A DNA stretch of 64,000 nucleotides from Felis catus (Eukaryota). The notes beneath the pieces were generated by a model. The model made no database searches and was not told the DNA's origin. It saw only the letters and a program-made list of their open reading frames with translations. The position numbers and the translations under genes were made by a program. Location: assembly GCF_018350175.1 (NCBI RefSeq), contig NC_058373.1, positions 104,720,001-104,784,000 on the forward strand, given 5' to 3'. This document shows, in pieces, positions 11,755 through 23,829 of the stretch (the first letter of the stretch is position 1; every line of letters begins with the position of its first letter).

Positions 11755-11831
11755 GTGCTGATGTTGCAGCTCGTGCTCCCGCGCCCGGGCTCTGACTCCA
11801 CCGCCCGGCGCAGCACCGGCTCCGCATCACA

Positions 11832-11858
11832 GCGGCGGCGGCGGCGGCGGTGGCGGCG
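11832..11858. repeat. (GCG)6 GTG (GCG)2 interrupted CGG/CCG repeat
   Basis: Read directly from the sequence. Confidence 0.9.
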
Positions 11859-14604
11859 GAGCGGCCCCCACTCGGGCCGGCGTCTCCGTCAGCCTGGCAG
11901 CTCTCCCGCCCGCCGCCCGGCGCACTGCTGCCCGAACAGCGCCCCCTCACCTCCGACGCCCACCGCGGCCGGGCGGGTGTGGGCGCCCCACCTGGCCGCA
12001 GACTCTCCTCGTTAACCCTTCTGCACTCCTTCCCCGGGGACTAGACATCCCCCAACCCCACCTGCCAGAAGGGATGCCCTGTCCGGGGGCGTGGGAGGAA
12101 AAGAGAAGGTGAGCTGGTGGCAGGGGCTCAGGGAGGCCCCCTGGGTGGAGGGGTGGAGATGGAAGAGACCCAAGCGGAACCAAGTGTTAATGTGAGAGGT
12201 GCACCGTCGCTCGGGAAGATGACACCTCGGGGGCGCCCCCGGGGCCTGGTCCCCGCTAGGCGTCTGCACCACCTGGGATCAGCTGATGCGCAAGTGTTCC
12301 CAGGAGTTAATCAGTTGTCCAAACTTGCCTAGACGACGAGGAGTCTTTTTCTTAAGAAATGAAAAGAAAAATGAGGCCTCCGCAGGTGGCACGTGGAGTG
12401 ATTATCCCGGTATTGCGGACACGGAGACTTTAAAAGATGAAGCCCTCGAGTCTGACGGTCCATGTCCCGACCCTCCAGCCTCCCAGCGAAAACAAAGGCT
12501 AGGGAGACTCAGCTGTGCACAGCATGTTTATTTTGCCAGTTTCAAATGCCCTTAGGAGAAATGATTTTCTCCCTTTATTGCCAAAAACATCAGGGGGGAA
12601 GCCCTTCAAACTGTAAATATCTGGACGGATGAAAGTTTTAGCTACAGCCTAGAGACCTTCCATCTGAGTCGAGAACGTCCTTGAGCTGTGTGTTCAGAGC
12701 AAACACCCTCCCCTCAGGTGTAACTCTTCTGTTTTCGCGAGATACCCACCGGGTTAGAATCAGTGAGTAGTGGAGATGATTTCTCTATTCAGTTGGTAGT
12801 CACAGCCTCCTGAAAATAATCTTCAAAATTTCAACTCAGAAACTAAAGGGGATGGGGGCTCAGGTGTCAGCTCATCAGCTTAGAGGTCATTATGTTCATT
12901 TTCCATCCAGACCCAGTTTAAGACACATCCCTGCCAGATTTCACATTTCTAAAATTTAGGGAGGAGGTGGGGGGGGAAACAAGTTGACCTCAGTGCCCCT
13001 TCAGAAACCTCCAAAGAGCCAATCACAGCATTCTGCCTTCAAGCATTTTCCCCATTGTGTGTATATCCTTAAGTGGGAAGAAATGTGCAAACTTTTTAAA
13101 AGATGAATTAGATTTAAGCATAGGAAAATGCAGTATTAAATTCCACAACGTGTTAAGGGGTTTCATCCAGACACAAAGCCTAGCACAGAATTTTGAGAGT
13201 GGAGTGAATCTGAAATGATTGTGGCTGGAGAAGGGAGGGTTCATAAAGTAGCCAATTTCCTCCCACACCTGCTTCCTGGGCGCGGAAAGATGGAAGGAAC
13301 TTAAAGGTCAAAATGAACTTAAAGGAGAAACCAACCTTGGAGGCAATGGTGAGGAACTGAAATTTAAAGCAAAAATGGAAGGATTATGCCTTTATACTCT
13401 GCTGCCCAACACCCCACCCCCGACAGTGATTTTCAGCACACCTTGGTACTTTTATTATTTTTATTTCGGTGGCAAACCTTATACAAAATGTGTGCTTTGT
13501 ACATGGTGAAATGGGTTGTTCACACCAAGATGTCCCTTTTGTTTAAAGTTTCTATAAGACAAATTTGCCTGCATTACATCTAATATGTGTTTAATAACAT
13601 CATAATCCATAGCATATTAATATATCAATGATTCAATGAGAGAGAAATTAAGAAACTACTCCAGCAAAAACCTTCTGGGGTAATAGGAATATGAATATAC
13701 ACAGACTTTAAAGACAAGTGGTTTTGCCCTATTAATGCTTATAACTTATTTTACCATAATGTATTTAAGAGCTAAATTACACTTACTCTGTAAATTATTG
13801 CCTTCTTCCTAGTTTTGCTTTGTTTTTAGAAATGTCCAGAGTAGTGGTTAGAAATGTACTTAACTGAATCTCATCATTCGTACAAACAGCAAATTCAGCA
13901 TAAATTTAAATAATGTAAATATTATACCCACAAGAGTCTATGTTTCCTAAAATAAACTATTTTAAAAAATCTCTGACTGACCTGGGAATTAATTTCAAAA
14001 CAGCAGAGCATTTACAAATATCTCCCTAATCATCTGTAATAGGGTGACTAAAACAGTAAATGCAAGCACATACCGCAGTCTAGGCCACACATTTTTTTAA
14101 TGGAACTGAAATTCTACAATTATTAATTGATCAACAATGAGAAGCAAATTTCTGCTAGTTGATAAGCACTCTCTGTTGCATATGAGAAAAGTTTTTTAAC
14201 CTTTCAAATTTCACGTTGCATATCATTAAAAGTTTATGGAACTTCTTTTGAGGGGAAGAGAATTTTTACAAAACATTTTTATATGGTCAGCCCACCAGGG
14301 TTCACAAACCCAAATACAAAAATTCAAATTTACAAAATGTGAAATACCCGAGTGTCTCAAATCTGTTCTGAAAAAAATGAGGAAAGATATAATTGAACAA
14401 ATGAAGACTGAAGGTGGTTATTTGATTTGAAAATGGTTCCTCATAGTAGCCAGTTTCACACAGCCAATTTCCCTATTAAATCAAATAGTAAATCAATTTT
14501 CCAGGTAAATCATAACTCAGTTTAGAAAAAAGTGGTTTGTAGGCAGGAATATTTCTAATGCATTATTAGCACAGGGCATCTGTCTATGCCTCCAAGTGTG
14601 TTTT

Positions 14605-14810
14605 CAACGTTTTTTATTTATTTTTGGGACAGAGAGAGACAGAGCATGAGTGGGGGAGGGGCAGAGAGAGAGGGAGACACAGAATCAGAAACAGGCTCCA
14701 GGCTCTGAGCCATCAGCCCAGAGCCCAACGCGGGGCTCGAACCCATGGACCGCGAGATCGTGACCTGGCTGAAGTCGGACGCTTAACCGACTGCGCCACC
14801 CAGGCGCCCC
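14605..14810 (-). mobile_element. Young SINEC_Fc, essentially no A-tail
   Basis: 16-bp TSD cctccaagtgtgtttt at 14589-14604 and 14811-14826. Confidence 0.95.
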
Positions 14811-15842
14811 CCTCCAAGTGTGTTTTAATAGCTAGACCATATTCACTTTGATCATCTAACCAAGTCAGATTAGGTATTCATACTAATTGAGTATATAAAA
14901 CTTGACTATTTGTGTTATAAAAAAAAAAGGCATATGATTTGTAAAACGGTTTATATGATAGTCACTTACAATCTTTATGTCTGATGCTAAAATAACTACA
15001 CCAAGGAATAACATTAAAAACTATGATCACTGAACATAAATTCTATTCAAAGATATACAGTCTGTCGTAAAATCATTTTAAAAGACTGCATCAGCCTTTA
15101 TACTTTGAAAGGGTTAGTAAAATAAAATCCATGGAATCTACTCTTCTTTACTGTGATTAGCAGCTAGAGGCCAGAAAATCTGGATTTTAGTCTTCTTTCC
15201 TTGTCAGGAACAAGTTGCTTAATCTTTTTGACCACCTATTCGGAGTTACCCATAAAAGATGCTAAAAGAAGGATTCTAGTATAGTGCCCCTACCTCCTTG
15301 AGCTAAGAGTAACTTGGCTGTTTGGAGAGCCAAAAATGTTTAGGTTTAATACCCATGGGCCAATGTTGCCTTGTATAATCATCAGCACTATTTACAGAGT
15401 TGACCCCAGGTAGTTTGCACAGTGTGTTTAAAAGCATCTGGCATCTAGCCAACTAGGTGATAAGCACTAGCATCTGGAGAGAAAAAAAAAAAGTAGTGTT
15501 CCTATTCCATTTTCAGGAAAGCTGTTTTGAGCATTTAACCACCAGGTCATCAGCTGTCCCATTTGGAACACTGATACTGCCTTTCTATTCCAATCTTAGG
15601 CAATGTTAGGCATTGTTAATTTGTCTTTCAGCCGATAGTAGGATTGAAAGGGCTTGAGAGGACTAGCACTCAGTACCTGTCTATGAAATCAGGGGATAGT
15701 CCACTCTTCATTGACCCCTGGCACCAGGCTCCATCACAGGACTATTTCTGAGGCTCATTTCCTTGGAAATGTGTTGAAATCCTTTGGGGAAAGTCTGAAG
15801 TCATTTCAACATATACATTCAAATTTGAGAATTTGTCTATGA

Positions 15843-15850
15843 CGTGTGTG

Positions 15851-15886
<36 letters not shown>
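15843..15886. repeat. (TG)n(TCTG)n compound microsatellite
   Basis: Read directly. Confidence 0.9.
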
Positions 15887-15887
<1 letters not shown>

Positions 15888-15934
15888 TCTCTCCCCCCTC
15901 CCAACCTCTTTTCCTCACCCCATCCCTCAGCCAT

Positions 15935-16077
15935 ATAGTACAATGATTTAGAACATGGACTTTGGATCCAGACTGCCAGGGGTCAAGTCTTGTTCCCCAT
16001 TTTCTAGCTGTGTGACCTTGGGTGTCTCTCAAACTCCATGACTCAACTTCCTCATCTGCAAAATAAGAATATTGTAC
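15935..16077 (+). mobile_element. MIR (5' part, interrupted by an LTR)
   Basis: MIR core tagctgtgtgaccttggg...ctcaacttcctcatctgcaaaat. MIR-like sequence resumes after 16500. Confidence 0.75.
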
Positions 16078-16496
16078 TGTTAAGAAGAAAACAACAGGCC
16101 CAAAATGGTGTCACTCAAGCTAAGTCACCAAATCTGAACTTTATACCTAACCTAATTGCAGTTTCAACTTCCCCCAGAAATGTAGTCTTAACTCTTCAGT
16201 CAGGAATTTTCTGATCAACATCAGGGAGGATTCTGTCACATGGGCCTTCTCCATCCCCCAAAGGAAGATGAGGTAATCCACCTAATAAGATTCCCTGCCC
16301 TTCCCCCTAAGGGAAGGTGACTTTAGCTGAAACAATCCTTTCTTTTCCTTTGCTAGTAACTTCTTGCCTCACTCTCCTTCCTACAAAAACCTTCCATTTG
16401 TACAACTTTTGTGAGCTTCCTTGTACATGCTAGATGTTGCTTGATAAAAGCAATTATATCTTTAAAATTTATTTGGTTGAATTTTGTTTTTTAATA
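16078..16496 (+). mobile_element. Solo LTR, ERV1 class (MER34-like), inserted into MIR
   Basis: Starts TGTTAA and ends TTAATA (decayed TTAACA). Flanks gtac/gtat fit a 4-bp TSD with one mismatch. About 420 bp. Strand is inferred. Confidence 0.7.
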
Positions 16497-16544
16497 GTAT
16501 TTACCCCATGGTAGAGTAAATAATTTTATATTCATAAAGACATA

Positions 16545-16739
16545 GGGGTGCCTGAGTGGCTCAGGGGGTTGAGTATCTGACTGTTGATTTCAGCTTGGGT
16601 CATGGTCTCACTGTGGGATTGAGCCCTGTCTGGGCTCCATGCTGACAGCATGGAGCCTGTCTAGGATTCTCTCTCTCCCTCTCTCTGCCCCTCCCCTGCT
16701 CTCTCTCTCTCTCAAAATAAATAAACTTTAAAATAACTA
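16545..16739 (+). mobile_element. Older SINEC
   Basis: SINE head, (CT)n and tail. The flanking repeat tatattcataaaga is the probable TSD. Confidence 0.9.
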
Positions 16740-16834
16740 TTATATTCATAAAGATCTTATAACAGTGGTTGCCATATAAAAGCATCATAAATGGTAGCTA
16801 TCATTATTATTATGTTTTATGGATACATAGAACA

Positions 16835-16975
16835 CTTTGAGTTTTAGTTTTCCATCTGTAAAAAAGGGCTCACACTCACCACTTAATAGTGTTGCTATGA
16901 TGGTTAAATGAGATAACATATGAAAATATCTTACCAAGGCCTGGTACATAGTAGGTGCACAATAAATATCAATGT
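16835..16975 (+). mobile_element. MIR fragment
   Basis: catctgtaaaa...gttaaatgagataacatatgaaa...cctggtacatagtaggtgcacaataaat. Confidence 0.75.
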
Positions 16976-18360
16976 CTTCCTCCCAACCCCATCCCTGCCC
17001 TGCCCATTCTTTATTGCTAAAGCTAATTCACTTGGACGTTTCATTTCACATCATTAGGAATTTCCATGTCAGTTGCTGTCAGGAGTCTCCTTTAATCCCT
17101 TCAACAATTCCATGACAGCAATCACATGAGGCAGATCTTGGAATCACACTGGCAGACCAGTGGAATAGGTGGGCCACAGAATTTAAGTGCTTTGCAGAAA
17201 AAGATGCTCTAGGTCAGCAGTTCTTCCTGTCCTTTGAGAAGGCATGAGGACCTGGGGAATACGCTTCAGACTAACAACAGCACCAAAGTTGGTGGTCCCC
17301 AGGCACGGGAGGGACTCCAGTCCTGCCTGATGGCAGTGCCCCAGGGCAGCGGAATGGCCTCAGAGAGATCACAGGGCAGTACCCAGAGGGAGGCTGGGCT
17401 ATTAGCCTTGGACTTCACAGCCTCAGTAGAGATTCTGGTGCCTCCAAGCTTGGCCCAAAGGCAGCAGAGCTGCTAGCTCCAGAGATGTGGAATATGGGCT
17501 TGATCAGTGTACATCTCGGCAGAGACAAACGGACCAAAGACCAGCATGTCTCCCTGAAGCTTGAGCTTAGCCAAAGATCTCCCCTGACTGTGCAATCCTG
17601 CAGCAGGAGAGCCCCAGTAATACTGAGATTGCACTTTCCACTATTCTTATTGACTAATAAATATTCAGTTAACCTCTTTAAACAGATATGTTGGTGGTTA
17701 TACATTAAAACCTGCTATGTCTTCCTTTTACAAATAAGACTTTAATTTCAACATCTAAAATGCCATGCATGCCACAGCTTCAAACCTGCTGCATATGACT
17801 TATCTCACAAGGTTTTCTGTAACATTACCAGCTAAAAATGTCAACCCTGCCGGGGTAGTGGTTGGTATTATTTGCCAAATATCCACGGTTCTCCTTTATT
17901 GGAGGCATACCACAGAATTGCATCTCCTGCCCCCTTGTGGTTGTACGGGGGCTATGTGACTGGTTCTACTAAAGGAAAGGGAAAGTGAGCATTTCCCAGC
18001 CAGAGACAGATCGTACATGTCACTCAGAGTTCTCTCTTCCCTCTGGCATGATGACCATAAACATTCAGGATGACTTTGACACGTGAAAGTCAAGTCACTA
18101 AAACATTACAATCAAAATAGGCTTGAATTCTTTCTCTAAACACTGCATTAAATTTTCAAATCTTATTTTCTTTATCCTTTGTTTTCCAAGGGCATACTGT
18201 GCATGTTCAAGTATATGTTTACCAGTTTCTGAAACAACGATCAATAAACAATAGTGAAGGCACAGTAGTTGGAAAGGAACATTATGAATAGTATGGAAAA
18301 ATCAGATAATAGAATATTTCAAACTCATTAGAATGTATCAACAAGGCAAAAAGAGTCCAG

Positions 18361-18361
<1 letters not shown>

Positions 18362-18404
<43 letters not shown>
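18362..18404. repeat. (CA)n microsatellite
   Basis: About 21 CA units. Confidence 0.95.
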
Positions 18405-18411
<7 letters not shown>

Positions 18412-19234
18412 TCAATACATCCACATCTTGAATAGCTATGGCCAAAATCAATCTCAGGAATGACTTTGCCTTCAGCTTCGAGAACTATTAATTTGTAAGA
18501 AATATGTTCACAAGGTTTTACCTCATCATTATTTTCAGTGTCAGTGATACCCATCAATAAAATTTGCTCCTCAAACACACTGAGATAACACAGACCATCA
18601 GTGCTGAAGTGGACATTTGTCTTTTTTGATTTTTCTGACTACCTAACTGATGGTAGAGGAGGTTCCTTACTTACCAGAAAGAGTACACCTCTCAAGAGAA
18701 AAGCTAAATGGTTGTACCAAATACCTTTCATGCTTCAGTTCACTTGCTCTTGCTTCACCTTTGCAGGGACCAGCTCTGCATGGATCCCCATCAACTTCAC
18801 ACAGACACAGCCTGGCAGCACCCCACCTCCCGCCAATGCCAAGCACCTCCAGCCTCCTGCCCCAGGGCTTCCCCGTTGATGCTGAGACATGAAAGTGGAT
18901 CCACTTGGATCAAACCCGCGTGCAGCGTGAAAGTGCAGGGGACACGTGCAACCTGGGCGACTGTGTGATAACAGGAGCCAGGAGCTGGGGTGTGAATTCT
19001 CCATTCTATTCTGTATGGACGGCAGTGAGGGGCCGTCGCTTATGCAGCCTCCCGCCCACAAGACAGAGCAGTCAGATCAGTCAGTCTCGCTGCCAAAGCA
19101 TCGTCAGCTCACTAACATGCTTTTGTATCGTTAGGAGAAGTATTAAGGTACTCAAAATTCAAAAAGTAATTGTTAGAGTAATTTTCCAAACTCCCTGATC
19201 TCTGACTTCCCTGCTCTGAAAATGAATGCACAAT

Positions 19235-19236
<2 letters not shown>

Positions 19237-19272
<36 letters not shown>
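19237..19272. repeat. (CA)n microsatellite
   Basis: About 18 CA units. Confidence 0.95.
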
Positions 19273-19274
<2 letters not shown>

Positions 19275-19539
19275 TCAACCCTAACACCCATTCTAGCTCT
19301 ATTCTCCAGTGTTGCTGGGTTTTTATGTGCAATGTGTTGGAGAGTGCCGCCTGCCTCCACATTAATCTCTTCAGTAATTGCAATTATCTCCTTTCCAGTG
19401 AATGTGATGAAGTCTGACTAAAGGTCTCTAATTCTTCCGTCCCTTCGTGTTCTCATAAATAATAAAACAGGACTCCATGACAACGAGTACATAAAAAGTT
19501 TTGTAACATCTCAAAGTAGTCCTAAAATCTTCAGATTTA

Positions 19540-19632
19540 AAAAAAAATGCTTATTCATTTATCTTGAGAGAGAGAAAGAGAGCACATGAGCAAAGGAGTG
19601 ACAGAGAGAGAAAGAGAGAGATGAAGAGACAG

Positions 19633-19674
<42 letters not shown>

Positions 19675-19797
19675 TCCCAAACAGTCTCCACTCTCTTGTG
19701 GAGCCTGAGGCGGGGCTCGATCTCATGTCCATGAGAGCATGACCCGAGCTGAAATCAAGAGTCTGATGCTTAACTGACTAAGCCACCCAGGCACCCC
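19540..19797 (-). mobile_element. Older SINEC with expanded (AG)n
   Basis: Reverse SINE ending gccacccaggcacccc, flanked by the repeat cttcagatt. Confidence 0.9.
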
Positions 19798-20879
19798 AAA
19801 AGGCTTCAGATTCTTGAGCTAACAAAGTACACAGTTTTCTGTACATACGTGATGAGTTATAATCACTTGGTTCTATGCAGTAAGACCATCGATGCTTGGG
19901 TAGTAGTTACAAACGTGTGTTCATCTGACCAATGCTACTCATCCTTCAGCTATTTGCAAAGGCGTTTCTCCTCTGGGAAGCCTTCTCTGAGCACCACCCT
20001 TCCCGGAGGGCTCAGCTATTTGCCCCATCGGAGTTTTTTCCATACACTTAAGTTCCTCAAAGGCAGGGACTGCATTGTTCAGTACAACGTGGCCAGGGGT
20101 TCTCAGGGTGCCGGCCACACACCAGACAATCAGAACATGTTCAGGCCTGAGAGAATCGTTGTAATAAAGAAAATCTTGCATCAGGACCACTTTCTGGAAG
20201 AAAGGGCAAAGCACGTACTCTCACTCAGGAAAGGTTGACGTATGTCAAGACCAGAAATGGAGCAACTTCCCCGGATTACAAATGGGGAAACTGAGGCTAG
20301 AGAGGCCCTTTGGTGAATTAGTGACAGCCCTTATTGTCAGTATATGACAGCACCCACCATCCCCAGCCCCCCCTCACCCTTCCCAAGTGGATCAAAGATT
20401 TGTCTTCCTCGTCTTTCTATCCTCCCTAGTTAAACCCTGGACTCAGCAGACGGGGGGATGCCTAGCAAGGGCTCTGTTAAGTGAAAGTGAAACCTACGAT
20501 GTCTATTTTCCAGTCGTATGTGAATTATATTTCTGGCATAATAAATTACAATATTACCCCTCATGTTTTGGGTACTGGGGGTAGGGTTGATAAATGGAGT
20601 ATGTTGTCTTTAGAGATGAGGAAATAAATAGAATTATATCTTTTCTCATTAGGGGGTTGATATTTTAAAACTCACTGCCATAAATAACATGGGCTCATTT
20701 TGACAAATCTTTTGGGAATCATAATTAATTAGGAGCTTGAATCTCCCTTATGGGTAATCTACTACAATGTTCAGAAGATTTGTGTACTTGTTTCTTCATT
20801 GATATAAATTAAAAAAAGGATCATCAGCTGGGCATGCAGAAGGTAGTGAGTGTATGTTCTCCTCTTCTTCCTTTCTCTT

Positions 20880-21099
20880 TAATTTCGTTTTAATGTTTTA
20901 CTTATTTTTGAGAGAGAAATAGAGGGACAGAGTGTGAGCAGGGAAGGGGCAGAAGGAAAGGGAGACACAGAATCCGAAGCAGCCTCCAGGCTCTGAGCTG
21001 GCAGCACAGAGCCTGACGCGGGGCTCGAACCCACAAACTGCGAGATCATGACCTGAGCCGAAGTCAGACACTTAACCGACTGAGCCACCCAGGCGCCCC
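20880..21099 (-). mobile_element. SINEC_Fc
   Basis: Reverse SINE with TSD tcttcctttctctt on both sides. Confidence 0.95.
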
Positions 21100-21199
21100 T
21101 CTTCCTTTCTCTTGAACACCCTTCCTTCCTTTCTTCTACTCTGCTCTAAAGTCCACTAGCACATGCATACCACTGCAGTGATGTCCAAACTGCACTCCT

Positions 21200-21660
21200 A
21201 CCATCTAGCTTTTACCACACACCAAAGAACCTCAAAACTTAGTGGCTCAAAATAACAACCATTTGTTACTTCTCACCACCTATTGGTCAGCTGGGTATTT
21301 CTGCCGATCTGTCCAGGCTTCTCTGATCTCAGCTGGGCTCACTTATGCATCTGCGGGTCAGCTGGGGACTGACCAGCCTAGGACGGCCTCTCTCACAGCA
21401 ACGAGTGGGCCACATAGCTCGTCCTCCGGCATGCTAACCCGGTCTTGTTCAAGACAGCAATCAAATCCCAAGAGTGAGAGCCAAGTTGCAAGGCCTCTTG
21501 AAGCCCAGATTCAGAACTTGCACTGTATTGCTTCTGCCATGTTCTATTGGCCAAAGCATGTTATAAGGCTAGTCCAGATTCGTAAGGTAGAGAAAAATAT
21601 TTTGCCTCTTGATGGGATTGCTGCAAAAAAACTGTGGCCGTTTTTGGATTCTACTACATC
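21200..21660 (-). mobile_element. MaLR LTR (old MLT1-type)
   Basis: caaaacttagtggctcaaaataacaaccatt...ttctattggccaaagca are characteristic reverse-strand MLT1 motifs. Confidence 0.7.
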
Positions 21661-22569
21661 CACCAATGCAAATTAATGCCAGTGTTGCAAAGCGTATTGA
21701 TCAGAGATTTGAGAATGTCCTTTCTGCAGAACGTGTCCTTTAATAGAATTCCCTGATTCCAGATCAGATCAGCAAAGCAATCTTCCACTCATCATTAACA
21801 AAGCAACGTGGAATTGACTCCATTAAGCAAAATCTGGCATTAAATGTTACCTGCAATAATATTTTGTCTGGATAGGAGATGCAGCCTTTTGTATGGCATA
21901 TAACTCCAAACCCTCTAACTTAAAAATGGGGAGCCAGAAGTCGGACACCCACACAGGCTGGGTGTGCATAACGGTGTACATTCAGACACAGAACAAAGAA
22001 ATGCAGGGAGTTTGACACAGCAGGGCTGTTCCTACAACCAAGGCAAAAAGTGGGGACCTGGCAAGTTAAGGTATTCACTGTGCTTACCGCCCCCCCCGCC
22101 CCGCCTTGGAGGCATTTATCTCACTATAGTGAAGATCGATGGGATTAACTTCCCTCCCCCACTAGATTCCCAGTTTCTTTGAGACACGAATAAATCTTTT
22201 AAATCCATATTTCTGTATGTAATACAGAGCCTGACTGTTGAAGGAAAGGAGAGAGTTATTTCTGTGACTCAGAAAAAGACTAACCCAATATAACCACATT
22301 TATATTTTTAAATGAATCTTTGCAAATACTCAGAAATTCTCCCATATGAAAAATTACAGAAGTACTGGTGAAAATAAGTGATTCCTTACAAAAACAGAAA
22401 ATGCTACTATTCAGCTTAAATCAGAAGGAAGAAGTTGGTGATATTCAAATTATAATCCCGAGGAAAGAGGACTGAGAAAGGCATGTTTTTGCTTTGTAAG
22501 TCAAGAGAAACCCTTAGACTTTCAAAAACTTGAATCTAAATTTTCAATTCAAAATTAAACACTTACAAG

Positions 22570-22660
22570 CATATATGTGTATATACACATATACATTATA
22601 TATAATGTACACATATACATTAATAATATACACATATATTATATAAAGTTATATATATTA
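22570..22660. repeat. TA-rich low-complexity tract
   Basis: Degenerate (TA)n/(CA)n. Confidence 0.8.
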
Positions 22661-22845
22661 ACTTTCTAATTGTTCTGTGGCACAAAGATACAAGAAATTT
22701 TCTTCACATTATTATAATTATTATAGTCAATCTCATTCCAAACGGAATCAAAGTGGCTTGTAAAGATACTACATTTTGAGACTTAAAACAATAACAAGCA
22801 AGCAAGGAACTGGGAAGAAAGTAAAATTAAAAATAGAAACCAGTT

Positions 22846-23075
22846 GGGGTGCCTGAGTGGCTCAGTCAGTTAAGCGTCTGGCTTCGGCTCAGATAATGAT
22901 CTCATGGTTGGTGGGTTCAAGCCCCATGTCAGGCTCTGTGCTGACAGCTCAGAGCCTGAAGCCTGCTTCGGATTCTGTGTCTCCCTCTCCCTGCCCCTCC
23001 TCACTCTCCACCCCCCCCCCCCCCCCAGCGCACGTGTGTTCTCTCTCTCTCTCTTAAAAATAAACAACAACAACA
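22846..23075 (+). mobile_element. SINEC with internal poly-C run
   Basis: SINE head and body, C-run at about 23010-23026, (CAA)n tail. Confidence 0.9.
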
Positions 23076-23446
23076 AAAATGGAAAGCAGAAAATGAAGCC
23101 AGAATGAGGTCAGTAAATGCCACAAGGGCTAATACATTTTGCTGGAAGCAACAATCATTTGGCTTGGGCTTCCCAGACACCAACCAAAGAGGAGCTTGTG
23201 GTCCCTAAAACTACTTATCATGGTCAGAGCTTAAAACAAAGTCAGGAGAAACAGAAGTCATTACTGGTGTGCACCGTGAGAGTAAGTTTTCCAGGATCTT
23301 CCTATAAAGATCCCATGTAATGTTCTAAACAACAGTCTGAGAAACATCCATAAGAAGATGTAAGAACATGTAACCTGATGGCACAATGTTAAAGCACTAT
23401 GGAGTAAAATCACATTGATAAAACCCTTCAAACACAGTGCCCTCTT

Positions 23447-23662
23447 TTTTTTTAATTTTTTAATGTTTATTTATTTTTGAGACAGAGAGAGACAGAGCAT
23501 GAGCGGGGGAGGGTCAGAGAGAGGGAGACACAGAATCCAAAACAGGCTCCAGGCTCTGAGCTGTCAGCACAGAGCCCGACGCGGGGCTTGAACTCACAGA
23601 CTGCGAGATCATGACCTGAGCTGAAGTCAGCTGCTTAACCGACTGAGCCACCCAGGCGCCCC
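23447..23662 (-). mobile_element. SINEC_Fc
   Basis: TSD cacagtgccctctt / cacggtgccctctt, with one CpG-type mismatch. Confidence 0.95.
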
Positions 23663-23829
23663 CACGGTGCCCTCTTAGAATTCTTAACTAATCCAAAACC
23701 AAAGTTTGGAGACTCACAGGCTCTCTATCCTTCAGGAAGGTCTCTGTAAATACTGAGACTCTCAAATGAGAAACTGGTTAATATCACCAAATCCCATTGA
23801 CGATAGTTCCCAGTTGGTCTTTTCCTCCT

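Larger units (their letters stand above)
10720..12300. promoter_or_regulatory. CpG island / SLC35F4 promoter, 5' UTR and start of intron 1
   Basis: Very high GC content and dense CpG against an AT-rich, CpG-depleted background. GC boxes are present (e.g. GGGCGG at 11971-11976) and it spans the start codon. The exact TSS cannot be determined. Confidence 0.9.

Noticed and set aside
11389..12015. 208-aa plus-strand ORF antisense to SLC35F4 exon 1, and other overlapping ORFs at 10.7-12.5 kb
   Set aside because: GTG start, low-complexity R/P/A/G composition, and stop depletion is expected in a CpG island. No recognisable homology.
18282..19421. ORFs with VCVCVC or HTHTHT tracts
   Set aside because: They are translations of (CA)n microsatellites.
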